Below are positions 39,152 to 48,446 of a DNA stretch of 64,000 nt, piece by piece; position 1 is the first letter of the stretch, and every line of letters starts with the position of its first letter. Location: NCBI GenBank assembly GCA_015057835.1, contig SVDL01000002.1, forward strand, positions 26,103 to 90,102, given 5' to 3'. This stretch comes from Lachnospiraceae bacterium. Lineage in GTDB: Bacteria > Bacillota > Clostridia > Lachnospirales > Lachnospiraceae. A program made the position numbers and the translations under genes. The notes beneath the pieces were generated by a model that saw only the letters and a list, made by a program, of their open reading frames with translations, did not search any database and was not told where the DNA came from.

Positions 39152-39484
39152 ATGGCTATTACGGTTAATCTTTACTACACGGGAGAAAACGGAAACGCAC
39201 GCCGCTTCGCGGAGGAAATGCTACAGTCCGGCACTGCCGCGGCGATCCGCGCGGAGGACGGAAATCTGAAATACGACTACTTTATTCCCATGGATGACCC
39301 GGAAACCGTACTGCTGATCGACAGCTGGCGCGACCAGGCAGCGATCGATCTCCATCACGCGTCGCCGATGATGGCAAAAATCGCGGAACTGCGCGACAAA
39401 TACGACCTCCATATGAGAGTGGAGAGGTATGTTTCGGACGATGCGGGGATGCCGGAGGGGGACGATAAATTCATAAGAAAATAA
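39152..39484 (+). CDS. Antibiotic-biosynthesis-monooxygenase (ABM) domain protein
   Basis: IRAEDGNLKYDYF, LLIDSWRDQAAIDLHHASP. Confidence 0.85.
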   Translation: MAITVNLYYTGENGNARRFAEEMLQSGTAAAIRAEDGNLKYDYFIPMDDPETVLLIDSWRDQAAIDLHHASPMMAKIAELRDKYDLHMRVERYVSDDAGMPEGDDKFIRK

Positions 39485-39569
39485 TTGTTTATCTGTTTTG
39501 AAAGCAATTTTCATGTTTTGAATAAGGAGCGGTTACAATTTCTTAAAGAGAAGAAATGTCTCATTTTCT

Positions 39570-40031
39570 TCAGGATCTCCAGAAAAATACCCCCGCTGCA
39601 GAGGTGAGCTTCTGCAGCAGTTCCAGAAGATGCACGGACGGATTGTAGACTGTTATCGAGGTATCGCCGAAATCGAAATCGATCATGGCGTCTTCCGATG
39701 GGAAAAGGACCCGGAGAAATCCGGGCTCTTTTCCTTTGTGCAGAGCTTCCGCGAAGGACTCCGGATCCGGATTGCATCTTTCTTTCGACGAATCTCCGTG
39801 CAGAATATCTTCCGCGTCTTCCTCCGGATCAAAGCTGACTGCCATATCAAAATAGCAGTTCAGCCGCAGCAGAATATCCGCGTATTTGCGGTGGATCATC
39901 TCCCGGCGGGGGGATTGCAGGTAATACTGTTCGATCGCAAAGTACTGCCCGCCGGCATTGTCCGGAACCTGTTCCGGGAGGATATCGATGATCCAATAGG
40001 GTGTTTCCAGTAATTCTTCAATACTTTTCAT
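39570..40031 (-). CDS. Conserved hypothetical protein
   Basis: PYWIIDILPEQVP...GQYFAIE; follows the ADP-ribosylglycohydrolase on the same strand. Confidence 0.7.
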   Translation of the reverse strand: MKSIEELLETPYWIIDILPEQVPDNAGGQYFAIEQYYLQSPRREMIHRKYADILLRLNCYFDMAVSFDPEEDAEDILHGDSSKERCNPDPESFAEALHKGKEPGFLRVLFPSEDAMIDFDFGDTSITVYNPSVHLLELLQKLTSAAGVFFWRS

Positions 40032-40112
40032 CGTTTTTTTTATCTTCTACTCTTCTTATCTTCGTATCCTGTCCGGAGAAGCATACAGATGTGTGCCGAA
40101 CCGTTCCTCCGA

Positions 40113-41129
40113 TCACGCCCCAAAGCCGTTTTCACTCGCCGCGTTCGTCTCGTCGCAGACCGACTCGATCCAATCCCTGCGCTGGATGACGCAGAGCCAC
40201 TTCGACGGGATCTGAGAATATCCGTAAAAGAGTCCGGCGAGACCGCCTGCGATCGCAGCCACGGTATCTGTGTCCTCGCCGAGATTGACAGCTGTGAGGA
40301 GCGCATCCTCGAAAGAATCTTCCTGAAGGAGCGACCAGACTGCCGCCTCCAGCGCGGCGACCACGTAGCCGCTTCCGCGGATTTTGCTGACCGGAACGTT
40401 TTCAAAGGCCGCAAGATCACGGAGTCTGTCGTAACAGCGCAGCTCTTCGAGAATCGCCGGATCCTTTTCGTAGAACGCAAATCCGGCATCCAGCCCTGCC
40501 TGAAGACATTCGGCGAGAGTTCTTTCTTTCGGGGTGTTTGTACTATCCGTGAGAATCTCCCTCACCATGAAAAAGTATAGTCCGCAGGCGATTTTGGCGC
40601 GCAGGTGATTGTGCGTCAGCCCGGAAATGCAGTGGATCAGGGCAACAGCCTCCTCGTCCGTCATTTTGCCGGCACGCTGCATCGTGAAAGCGTACAGGCA
40701 GACCGGCATGATCCGCATGAGAGATCCGTTTCCGTTGTCACTTGCGCCTCTGCCGCCGCACGTGCGGACGTCGTGCGTCCTTATGTAGCGGAAAATGCTC
40801 TCGGTCGTCGCCCTGCCGTTGTCGAAGGATTCTCCGAAAGGCGTGTATTCTCCGTCATTCAGCCAGCGCACGAACCGGTCCATAATGTCTTCCGGATCGA
40901 CGCATTTCTTTTCCAGAATACTGACAAGCGCTGCCATCGTAAGGCTGCCGTCATCCGTCCAGGAGCCGGCGGGCAGATGAAACGTGCCGTATCCGCGCAT
41001 TCCCGTGACAGGATTCCTTGCGACCTGTTCCCTTGAGAGAAACTGCACCGGGCAGCCGAGAGCGTCCCCTGTGATGACGCCCATGATACCATTTTTCCAA
41101 ATGTTGTTCTTCATATCGTTTTCCTCCAT
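40113..41129 (-). CDS. ADP-ribosylglycohydrolase family protein
   Basis: GDALG, WTDD, GNGSLMR and GEDTDTVAAIAG motifs. Confidence 0.92.
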   Translation of the reverse strand: MEENDMKNNIWKNGIMGVITGDALGCPVQFLSREQVARNPVTGMRGYGTFHLPAGSWTDDGSLTMAALVSILEKKCVDPEDIMDRFVRWLNDGEYTPFGESFDNGRATTESIFRYIRTHDVRTCGGRGASDNGNGSLMRIMPVCLYAFTMQRAGKMTDEEAVALIHCISGLTHNHLRAKIACGLYFFMVREILTDSTNTPKERTLAECLQAGLDAGFAFYEKDPAILEELRCYDRLRDLAAFENVPVSKIRGSGYVVAALEAAVWSLLQEDSFEDALLTAVNLGEDTDTVAAIAGGLAGLFYGYSQIPSKWLCVIQRRDWIESVCDETNAASENGFGA

Positions 41130-41197
41130 TCGTATTTGATGGTATCAGTATAGCCCGTTCCGAAAAAGGATTGGTCGCCTCCGGGGCGACATTTTTA

Positions 41198-41356
41198 TTA
41201 CCTTCCGAAAATCCGGTCCCGGTCTTCCTCTTCCCGGCGCTCTTTTTCCAGCTCTTCCTGTTCACGAATGTACATCGTCGCGTAATCTCTCTCGTCCACT
41301 GTGCCGTCCAGATCGGTATCCAGTGCCGGATCGTACGGAATGTCAAAAGGTCCCAT
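41198..41356 (-). CDS. 52-aa acidic microprotein with a DxDxDG calcium-loop-like motif
   Basis: RBS AGGAGG then ATG at 41356; contains DTDLDGTVDERD. Confidence 0.55.
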   Translation of the reverse strand: MGPFDIPYDPALDTDLDGTVDERDYATMYIREQEELEKERREEEDRDRIFGR

Positions 41357-41574
41357 TTTCTGCCTCCTGCTGTTGAATGTATTTTCTGTAAAATGCATTT
41401 TTTGAACCCGGATGGTGAATGCATCTTCATTATACTATAGAAACAGAAAATTAACAGGCGGGGAGGGCGAGCTCATTTTCAAACAAAAATACGGGAAATG
41501 ATTTTTAAAGCACATCGTCTGCCGACGGTATGGTATTATAAAATGAATAAAATCTCTAAAAAGGAGACTTGAAC

Positions 41575-43782
41575 ATGAAAAAGAAAATTATAGCAATTAT
41601 CCTGACCGCTGCATTGCTCGTCACCGGCTGCGGCGCGTCTTCCGGCACAGCGTCTTCGGAAAATGCTTCCGCCCAGGAAACAGCCGCCGAAAGCGGTGAG
41701 GAAAATGCGGACGCCGCCGAAGAGGAAGAGACGGAAGAAGATCCGGATGCCGCCGCTGACCAGAATGAGGAAGGCACCCCGGAAACCGGGGAAGAGGAAG
41801 AAGGAGCGGAGGATTCTTACGGCGTGACCACGGGCGGATCCCCCTGGATCGACTCGGAGATCCGGGAAAATCTCTCCGAAGATATGCCGACAGACCCGAA
41901 GGACGACTTCCATCTGTACGCGAACAAGGAATGGCTGCTCGGAAATACTATTCCGGACGGGTATTCCAGCTGGAACCACTATTCGGAGCGCGGGATCGAG
42001 GTCACGAAGCAGTGCATTGAACTGCTGAAGGACGAGAGCATTGAAGGGCACGACGCGGATCTGATCCGGACGTATAACGGCCTGCTTCTCGACTGGGACG
42101 CCCGCAATGAGAGCGGGGTGTCGGAGATCCAGGAGGCATTTGACGAGATCCGAGGCCTGAAAAACCTGGAGGAGCTGAATGCGCTGTTCCTGGATGACGA
42201 GTATATTTCCGGGATCTTTGATTTCTTCGCCCGCGGTGCCGGGCTCGGCCTTGAAAATACCGGCCGCTATATCGTCCTCGTAGACGCCCCGGAAACGCTG
42301 CTCCGTGATTCCGCGGAATATCCGGAGCGGTCGGAATACGGCGATATGATCTACGGATATTATAAAGATCTTTTCTGCTATATCGCGCAGAAACTGGGCA
42401 TGACGGAAGAGGAAGCGGAAGCGTGCTTCGACTCGGCGATCGATTTTGAGGCGCAGTACGCCGATGCGATCATGACGACGGACGACATGTACAGCGAGGA
42501 CTATTACGACCGGATCAACAACATCATGACCTGGGAGGAAGTCGCGGCGCTCACGGATGCGGTCCCGGTCGGGAAGATCATGGAAAAGGAAGGTTATAAA
42601 TACGACGGGGAGTACCTCGTAATGCAGCCGGATTTCTTTAAAAAACTGAGCGAGGTCTACACCGAAGAGAACTTTGAGGGGATCCGCGACCGCGTGCTGG
42701 TCGATTATGTCATGGGGTTCCGGAAGAGTCTTGACCGCGAGACCTACGAGTATATGAATGACACCTACAACGGCTATTTCGGCACCGAAGGAATGGTGGA
42801 CGACGATCAGATGGCTTATGAGACCGTCGTGGAAGCGCTGCCTTCCGCCATGCAGAAGGTCTACCTCGCGAAATACGGCTCGGAAGAAGACAAGAAGAAA
42901 GTCGAGGACCTGTGCAAAATGGTCATGGAGACCTACCGGGAAATGCTCTCGGAAAATGACTGGGCTTCCGAAGAGACCGTGCAGTACGCGATCGAAAAGC
43001 TCGACAAAATGAAGATCCACGCCGCTTATCCGGACAAATTCCGGGATCTGACCGAACTCGATCTTAAGGACTGCTCGCTCCTCGAAGCGGAAGACCGTAT
43101 CGGCCGCTATGAAATGGCCTATGATGTGAGCCTTGTCGGCAAGGAAGTCGACCGGGAAATGTGGGCGGAAGGCTTTAATATTCTGGAATGCAACGCCTTC
43201 TACGATTCGGGCGAGAACACGATCAACATGATCATCGGCATGATGGGAGAGCCCTTCTTCTCGGACGATATGAGCACGGAAGAACTGTATGCCTCCATGG
43301 GCGCTTTCTGGATCGGCCATGAGATCTCTCACGCATTTGACAGCAACGGCGCGCAGTTCGACGCCGACGGCAATTATGCCGACTGGTGGACCGAGGAAGA
43401 TTATGAGCAATTCAGCGAGCGCATTTCCAAGATGGACGACTATCTGGACACCATCGTCGCGTTCGGCGACTACAATGTCATCGGCAGCAATGTCGACACG
43501 GAGATGGCCGCCGACATGACCGGTCTCCAGTGTGCGCTCCGCATGGCTTCCAAGGTGGAAAATTTCGATTACGATGTTTTCTTCACCAAATACGCGCAGA
43601 TGAACGCCAACATCGCTGTTTACAGCACCGAACTCTCCCAGCTGACACAGGACGAGCATCCGCTGGATTACCTGCGCACCAATGTGCCGGTCCAGCAGTT
43701 TGAGGAATTCTATACGACCTACGGCGTCACGGAAGGGGACAACATGTATCTTGCGCCGGAGGACAGGCTGATCATCTGGTAA
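41575..43782 (+). CDS. M13-family metallopeptidase (neprilysin/PepO-like) lipoprotein
   Basis: Lipobox LVTGC, PKDDFHLYAN, NAFY, HEISH and EMAAD motifs. Confidence 0.92.
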   Translation: MKKKIIAIILTAALLVTGCGASSGTASSENASAQETAAESGEENADAAEEEETEEDPDAAADQNEEGTPETGEEEEGAEDSYGVTTGGSPWIDSEIRENLSEDMPTDPKDDFHLYANKEWLLGNTIPDGYSSWNHYSERGIEVTKQCIELLKDESIEGHDADLIRTYNGLLLDWDARNESGVSEIQEAFDEIRGLKNLEELNALFLDDEYISGIFDFFARGAGLGLENTGRYIVLVDAPETLLRDSAEYPERSEYGDMIYGYYKDLFCYIAQKLGMTEEEAEACFDSAIDFEAQYADAIMTTDDMYSEDYYDRINNIMTWEEVAALTDAVPVGKIMEKEGYKYDGEYLVMQPDFFKKLSEVYTEENFEGIRDRVLVDYVMGFRKSLDRETYEYMNDTYNGYFGTEGMVDDDQMAYETVVEALPSAMQKVYLAKYGSEEDKKKVEDLCKMVMETYREMLSENDWASEETVQYAIEKLDKMKIHAAYPDKFRDLTELDLKDCSLLEAEDRIGRYEMAYDVSLVGKEVDREMWAEGFNILECNAFYDSGENTINMIIGMMGEPFFSDDMSTEELYASMGAFWIGHEISHAFDSNGAQFDADGNYADWWTEEDYEQFSERISKMDDYLDTIVAFGDYNVIGSNVDTEMAADMTGLQCALRMASKVENFDYDVFFTKYAQMNANIAVYSTELSQLTQDEHPLDYLRTNVPVQQFEEFYTTYGVTEGDNMYLAPEDRLIIW

Positions 43783-43803
43783 ATAGTTTTTGAAAATGTA
43801 TTT

Positions 43804-44883
43804 CTATACGCTTCTGGGTCTCAGTGCGCAGGTATCCCGTTTAACCAGATAGGCCGGATAAATATAGGTATAAGGCCATTTGACGGAGCCGTCCATGAGA
43901 CCGAGCATCGCCCGTGCGCACCGTCGTCCCATTTCCGTTTTGGGATGGGAGATGGAAGTCAGATGGGGATCCGTGCTTTGCGCAATATATGTATCATCAA
44001 ATCCTATGACGGATACGTCCTGCGGAACGCGGATCCCGCTTATTGAAAGAAGACGCATGCATTTCAGCGCGATCTTATCGTTATAGCAGAAAATGCCTGT
44101 GATATTTTCGCTGCGAATCGTGCGGACAAGTGTTTTCTCGAGGTTGTCATGATATTCAATCATGACAACTTTTTCTATGCCGTATTCCGTTGCGGCAGTC
44201 CTGAATCCTATGCATCTTCTTGAAGAATCGACATACTGAGGGTCGTAAATGATGCCGCACCGTTTGTGGCGGAATGCGGCCAGATGTTCCGCGACTCGTG
44301 CTCCCCCGCCGTAATCATCGAAGGATACCATGGAGAAATCCGCTTTACTGAGGTTGCTGTCGATCATGAGACAGGGGATATTGTACTCGCGGAACCGGTT
44401 TGCTATTCTGCAGAGCTTTTCGGTTGTCTTTTCATCCGCGTGATGTGCAAGCTGGAAGATTACTCCGGAATCCCTGGAATCCAGGCAGGATTCCAGACGA
44501 CGGAAAAGGATTCCCGCGTCTGTGCTGGTGTCCAGAATATTGAGGTGGCATTTGTCTTCCGTCATAACTTCCCGAAGACCATCTACGTAATAGGAAACAA
44601 AATAGGTATTATTCATATCAAGCAGTGCCGTGACGACCCTGGAAGAAGCGCTGCTCACAGTGCGGACGAAGGTTCCTTTCCCCTGGTGCTTGATCAGAAG
44701 TCCTTCCGATAACAGAACATTCAGGGCATTCCGTATGGTTATCCTCCCGACGCCGTATTGTTTCATCATTTCTGATTCACTGGGAAGCTTTGCGTCCGGG
44801 GGAATGCTGCCGGAATGAATTGCTTCACGAAGTTCGGCGGCGATCTGAAGATAGAGAGGAGACTGTGTCGTTCGGTCAAGCAT
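43804..44883 (-). CDS. GntR-HTH plus LacI-type sensor domain regulator (AraR-like architecture)
   Basis: LPSESEM...GRITIRNAL...QGKGTFV N-terminus; VPQDVSVIGFDD C-terminus; start reset to MLDRTTQ. Confidence 0.9.
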   Translation of the reverse strand: MLDRTTQSPLYLQIAAELREAIHSGSIPPDAKLPSESEMMKQYGVGRITIRNALNVLLSEGLLIKHQGKGTFVRTVSSASSRVVTALLDMNNTYFVSYYVDGLREVMTEDKCHLNILDTSTDAGILFRRLESCLDSRDSGVIFQLAHHADEKTTEKLCRIANRFREYNIPCLMIDSNLSKADFSMVSFDDYGGGARVAEHLAAFRHKRCGIIYDPQYVDSSRRCIGFRTAATEYGIEKVVMIEYHDNLEKTLVRTIRSENITGIFCYNDKIALKCMRLLSISGIRVPQDVSVIGFDDTYIAQSTDPHLTSISHPKTEMGRRCARAMLGLMDGSVKWPYTYIYPAYLVKRDTCALRPRSV

Positions 44884-45071
44884 ATAGGTGTCCCTTTCTG
44901 TTGAATAGAATAAGTACAGAACGTTCTTGCATATAAGTATAGAATAAGTTAATGACGAAAGACAAGCGTCCAGTTGGTTTTTTATCCGAAATGCCTTGTT
45001 TTTACAGAGATATATTGTAAAAAATGACGAATTATGCAGCGTAATACAAATAATAACTGTTAAATATGCTA

Positions 45072-45087
45072 TTATATAGACGTATAA
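45072..45087. promoter_or_regulatory. Candidate operator for the divergent GntR/AraR-like regulator
   Basis: TTATA-TAGACG-TATAA near-palindrome. Confidence 0.35.
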
Positions 45088-45224
45088 CAGTTGCTGTCGA
45101 AAACGAAACATGATTTAGAATATGTCGTGCTGACAGCTTCTCAGTCCGAAGCAGAAGGTGCATGAGGAGATAACTGTAGAATAAGTATCCTGCGGGGACT
45201 GGATCATCACAAAAGGAGGAAAAA

Positions 45225-46565
45225 ATGAAAAGGAAAGTGAAACAAGTAATTGCACTGTTGCTGTGTATCTTCCTGATCGGAGGGCTTACTGCCTGTGGTG
45301 GTTCATCAGGAGGGGAAGCATCCTCCACTGCGGAAGGAGAAGGCGCTGCTTCCGGAGAGAAAGTAGAACTTACGGTCTGGATCAACGGTAAAGACAGTTA
45401 TATCAGTCCGGATGAACAGAAAAAGCCGGAAGAGGAGTGGTACATTAATCAGGCGATTGCCCGCTTTGAAGAGAAATACCCGAATATCACCGTAAAAATG
45501 ATCGTATCGGCAGATGGTGAAACGGCACATCAGCAGTTTAAAGCAGATGAACTTGCCGGCACCGCGCCCGATATGGCGAATCTGTGGACCGGTCAGTATA
45601 CCTATCAGCTGGAAGATGCATGTTTAGACATCAAGGATATGATCCCGGCGGAAGATAAAGAAAACATTTTAGGATGGGATGCCGTGACGACACCAAGCGG
45701 AAAAATCCTCGGGTATCCGACCAGCGATAACCAGGTCTGCTTCTTTATGTACAATAAGAAGATCATCGAGGAGTGCGGCCTTGATTTTGAAAACAATCCA
45801 CCGCGTACGACCGAAGAATTTGATGCGGCGTGCGAAGCGATCAAGGCAAAAGGATATACACCGATCGTGACCGATGAAGCATTCCCGTGGTTCGGCTGCT
45901 TCATTATGAACTACTGGTGGGCACAGCTTTCCGGAGTCGACAGGATCGTCGCAAACTGCGATGGAACACAGAAGTTTGCGGACGATGAAGGCCTGTTCAA
46001 GGCAGCGGGTTATTACCGCTCTCTTATGGAAAAAGGCTACATCAATGAAGACGCTCTTACATCAGCGGACTCTTTCAACCGCTTTACCTCCGGACAGGCG
46101 GCAATGACGCCGCAGGTCTCCTCCGCGGTCGGCGATGCGGAAGCTGCCCTCGGCGCGGAAAATCTCGGCGCAATTCTTCCTCCGGATATGGACGGCGCTT
46201 CGATCACCGGCGGAACGATCGGCGGTCCGGGACAGGATATCGTTGTCTCTGCCAGTACAAAGCATCCGCAGGAATGCATTCAGTTCCTGAGCTATCTGAA
46301 CTCCAAAGAAGAGATCATGGAATTTGAAAAAGTACAGACAAAAGTTTCCACAAGAAAAGATGTTACGGCAGAAGATCTCAATATTCAGGAAGGCACTGCG
46401 ACGGCGAAGCTTTTCGAATATTCCAATAACATGGTCTTCTGGGTCGACAATACGCTCACATCTGATGTCTGTGCTGAGTTTACACAGCTTCTTTCCATGG
46501 TACTTGGCGGCCAGATGTCCATCGAAGATTTCGCTGCAGACCTTGATAACGCAGCAGCAGGCTGA
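45225..46565 (+). CDS. Carbohydrate ABC transporter substrate-binding lipoprotein
   Basis: Lipobox LTAC; YNKKI and FTSGQAAM; CUT1-type size. Confidence 0.9.
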   Translation: MKRKVKQVIALLLCIFLIGGLTACGGSSGGEASSTAEGEGAASGEKVELTVWINGKDSYISPDEQKKPEEEWYINQAIARFEEKYPNITVKMIVSADGETAHQQFKADELAGTAPDMANLWTGQYTYQLEDACLDIKDMIPAEDKENILGWDAVTTPSGKILGYPTSDNQVCFFMYNKKIIEECGLDFENNPPRTTEEFDAACEAIKAKGYTPIVTDEAFPWFGCFIMNYWWAQLSGVDRIVANCDGTQKFADDEGLFKAAGYYRSLMEKGYINEDALTSADSFNRFTSGQAAMTPQVSSAVGDAEAALGAENLGAILPPDMDGASITGGTIGGPGQDIVVSASTKHPQECIQFLSYLNSKEEIMEFEKVQTKVSTRKDVTAEDLNIQEGTATAKLFEYSNNMVFWVDNTLTSDVCAEFTQLLSMVLGGQMSIEDFAADLDNAAAG

Positions 46566-46596
46566 TGTTGAAAATGCCTGAAGTCTGAAATAATAA

Positions 46597-46625
46597 CGAA
46601 CGGCCCGGCTGTGCCGGGCCGTTCG
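46597..46625 (+). other. Strong hairpin without a U-tract after the SBP gene (probable mRNA-stabilising stem)
   Basis: CGAACGGCCCGGC-TGT-GCCGGGCCGTTCG, 13-bp perfect stem. Confidence 0.65.
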
Positions 46626-46643
46626 GAAAGGAAAAGGGCATTG

Positions 46644-47570
46644 ATGGCACAAAAAGAAACAGATAAAAAAACAGGCAGCGGAACGGGAAAACTGGCGCGG
46701 AATCAGCGCATTTGCGCAGTTCTGTCAGTTATACCGGCTGCGCTGATCATTGCGTCGGTCAAGGCTTGGCCCATAATCCAGACGGTCTGGCACAGCTTTA
46801 CCAACTGGGACGGGCTCTATAAAAACGATTTTGTAGGGTTGGCGAATTACAGGACCTTTATTTCTACCGGGCTGTTTTCCAAGCTTTTGGGCAACAGCCT
46901 TTTTCTGCTGATCAGTGTGCCGGCACAGGTATTGATCGGTATTCTTGTTGCGGTGCTGCTCTACGAGAAAACAGCGGGATGGAAAGCATTTCGTTCCATA
47001 TACTATATCCCGCAGATCATCTCGCTCGTGATACTCGGTTATCTTTTTAAATCCATGTTTTCACAGAACGGGCCGATCAATCAGATCCTGATGCTGCTGG
47101 GCTTTATAAAAACACCCGTCGAATGGCTCGCAAAAGGCACGACGGCTCTTCCGGTACTGACGATCTGCATAACCTGGTATTCGGTCGGATGGCAGGTAAT
47201 CATGATTCTGGGAGGGATGTCCTCTATTGACCCGCAGGTATTTGAGGCGGCTAAAATAGACGGGGCAAACTTTTTTACAAGGATTTTTAAGATCATTATC
47301 CCTATGATCTCGAGTACGCTTACGTATTGCGTGGTCATGTCCGTTGTGTGGACATTTACCAGTCTCTTCTCGCTGATCTATTCCATGACGAACGGCGGAC
47401 CGGGATATGAGACGATGACGCTTGACTACATGGTGTATGCCAGATCGTTCCTCAAAGGCGATCAGTTCGGTTTTGCGTGTGCCGTTGCGGTCGTACTGCT
47501 GATCATCGTTATGATCATCACATTTATTAACCTGCGGATTTCAAAAGCAGCGGAAAAGGAATGGGGGTGA
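46644..47570 (+). CDS. Carbohydrate ABC permease
   Basis: FVGLANY; EAAKIDGA (EAA loop). Confidence 0.92.
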   Translation: MAQKETDKKTGSGTGKLARNQRICAVLSVIPAALIIASVKAWPIIQTVWHSFTNWDGLYKNDFVGLANYRTFISTGLFSKLLGNSLFLLISVPAQVLIGILVAVLLYEKTAGWKAFRSIYYIPQIISLVILGYLFKSMFSQNGPINQILMLLGFIKTPVEWLAKGTTALPVLTICITWYSVGWQVIMILGGMSSIDPQVFEAAKIDGANFFTRIFKIIIPMISSTLTYCVVMSVVWTFTSLFSLIYSMTNGGPGYETMTLDYMVYARSFLKGDQFGFACAVAVVLLIIVMIITFINLRISKAAEKEWG

Positions 47571-47574
47571 GCAT

Positions 47575-48414
47575 GTGAAAAAAAAGACGCCGATGGCCAG
47601 ACTCGGAAGAGCAGTCATTTTTATCGTCCTTGTAGCCCTTGCTCTGACATTCCTGTATCCGTTGTTCTTTATGTTTTCCAACTCTTTGAAAACACTTGGC
47701 GGTTACTACAGAGATCCTTTCGGACTTCCGAAAGAAGCGCTGGAGTGGAATAATTTCTTTATCATGATCCGCCAGTTTAAGATCTTCAAGCTGTTTGGAA
47801 ATACGCTGATCGTATCACTTGCTACGGTTATTGGTCTGATTGTTTTCGGGGTTCCTGCAAGTTACGCTTTTTCGAAAGTGCGCTTTCCGGGCGGAGACGC
47901 TCTCTATTTCGCGATCCTCGCAACACTTTTTATTCCGGTGCAGGTAACGATTATTCCGATGTATGTCACCTTTGCCAAGCTGAAGCTGGTGGACAATTTC
48001 TTCAGTGTCATCCTGGCAAACTGGGCGGCATTTCTTCCGGAGACGATCATGCTTATGACAGCTATGTTTAAGAGCATTCCCAACGCGCTTCTGGAGGCGG
48101 CAGAGATCGACGGGTGCAATTATCTGCAGAGGCTTCTGCATATCATTGTTCCGATGGGGAGGCCTGCGATCTCGCTGACGGTGATCATTTTCTTTATCAA
48201 TTCCTGGAATGATCTTTTTACGCCGATGATACTCCTGAAGAGTACTGAAAAGAGAACGGTTATTGTAGCGCTTTCCTCTCTGGTAGGCCGCTACAGCGGA
48301 GATCCGCCGTTTCAGTATGCAGGGCTCCTTCTGAGCGCGATTCCGGCGCTGATTATTTATATTATTTTCCAGAAACGGATCATTGACGGTATGAGTATGG
48401 GGGCCGTTAAGTAA
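47575..48414 (+). CDS. Carbohydrate ABC permease
   Basis: EAAEIDGC, WND and QKRIIDGMSMGAVK motifs. Confidence 0.92.
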   Translation: MKKKTPMARLGRAVIFIVLVALALTFLYPLFFMFSNSLKTLGGYYRDPFGLPKEALEWNNFFIMIRQFKIFKLFGNTLIVSLATVIGLIVFGVPASYAFSKVRFPGGDALYFAILATLFIPVQVTIIPMYVTFAKLKLVDNFFSVILANWAAFLPETIMLMTAMFKSIPNALLEAAEIDGCNYLQRLLHIIVPMGRPAISLTVIIFFINSWNDLFTPMILLKSTEKRTVIVALSSLVGRYSGDPPFQYAGLLLSAIPALIIYIIFQKRIIDGMSMGAVK

Positions 48415-48446
48415 CGGATGAACCGAATATATTGAGGAGGCATTAT

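Noticed and set aside
40085-40112. GGAACGGTTC variant of the REP core after the ARH stop
   Set aside because: One mismatch in the core and only a weak stem.
41536-43659. 707-aa antisense ORF opposite the M13 peptidase (likewise 884..1846, 37444..38937, 27063..28445 and similar)
   Set aside because: Mirror-frame ORFs with no recognisable motifs or RBS.
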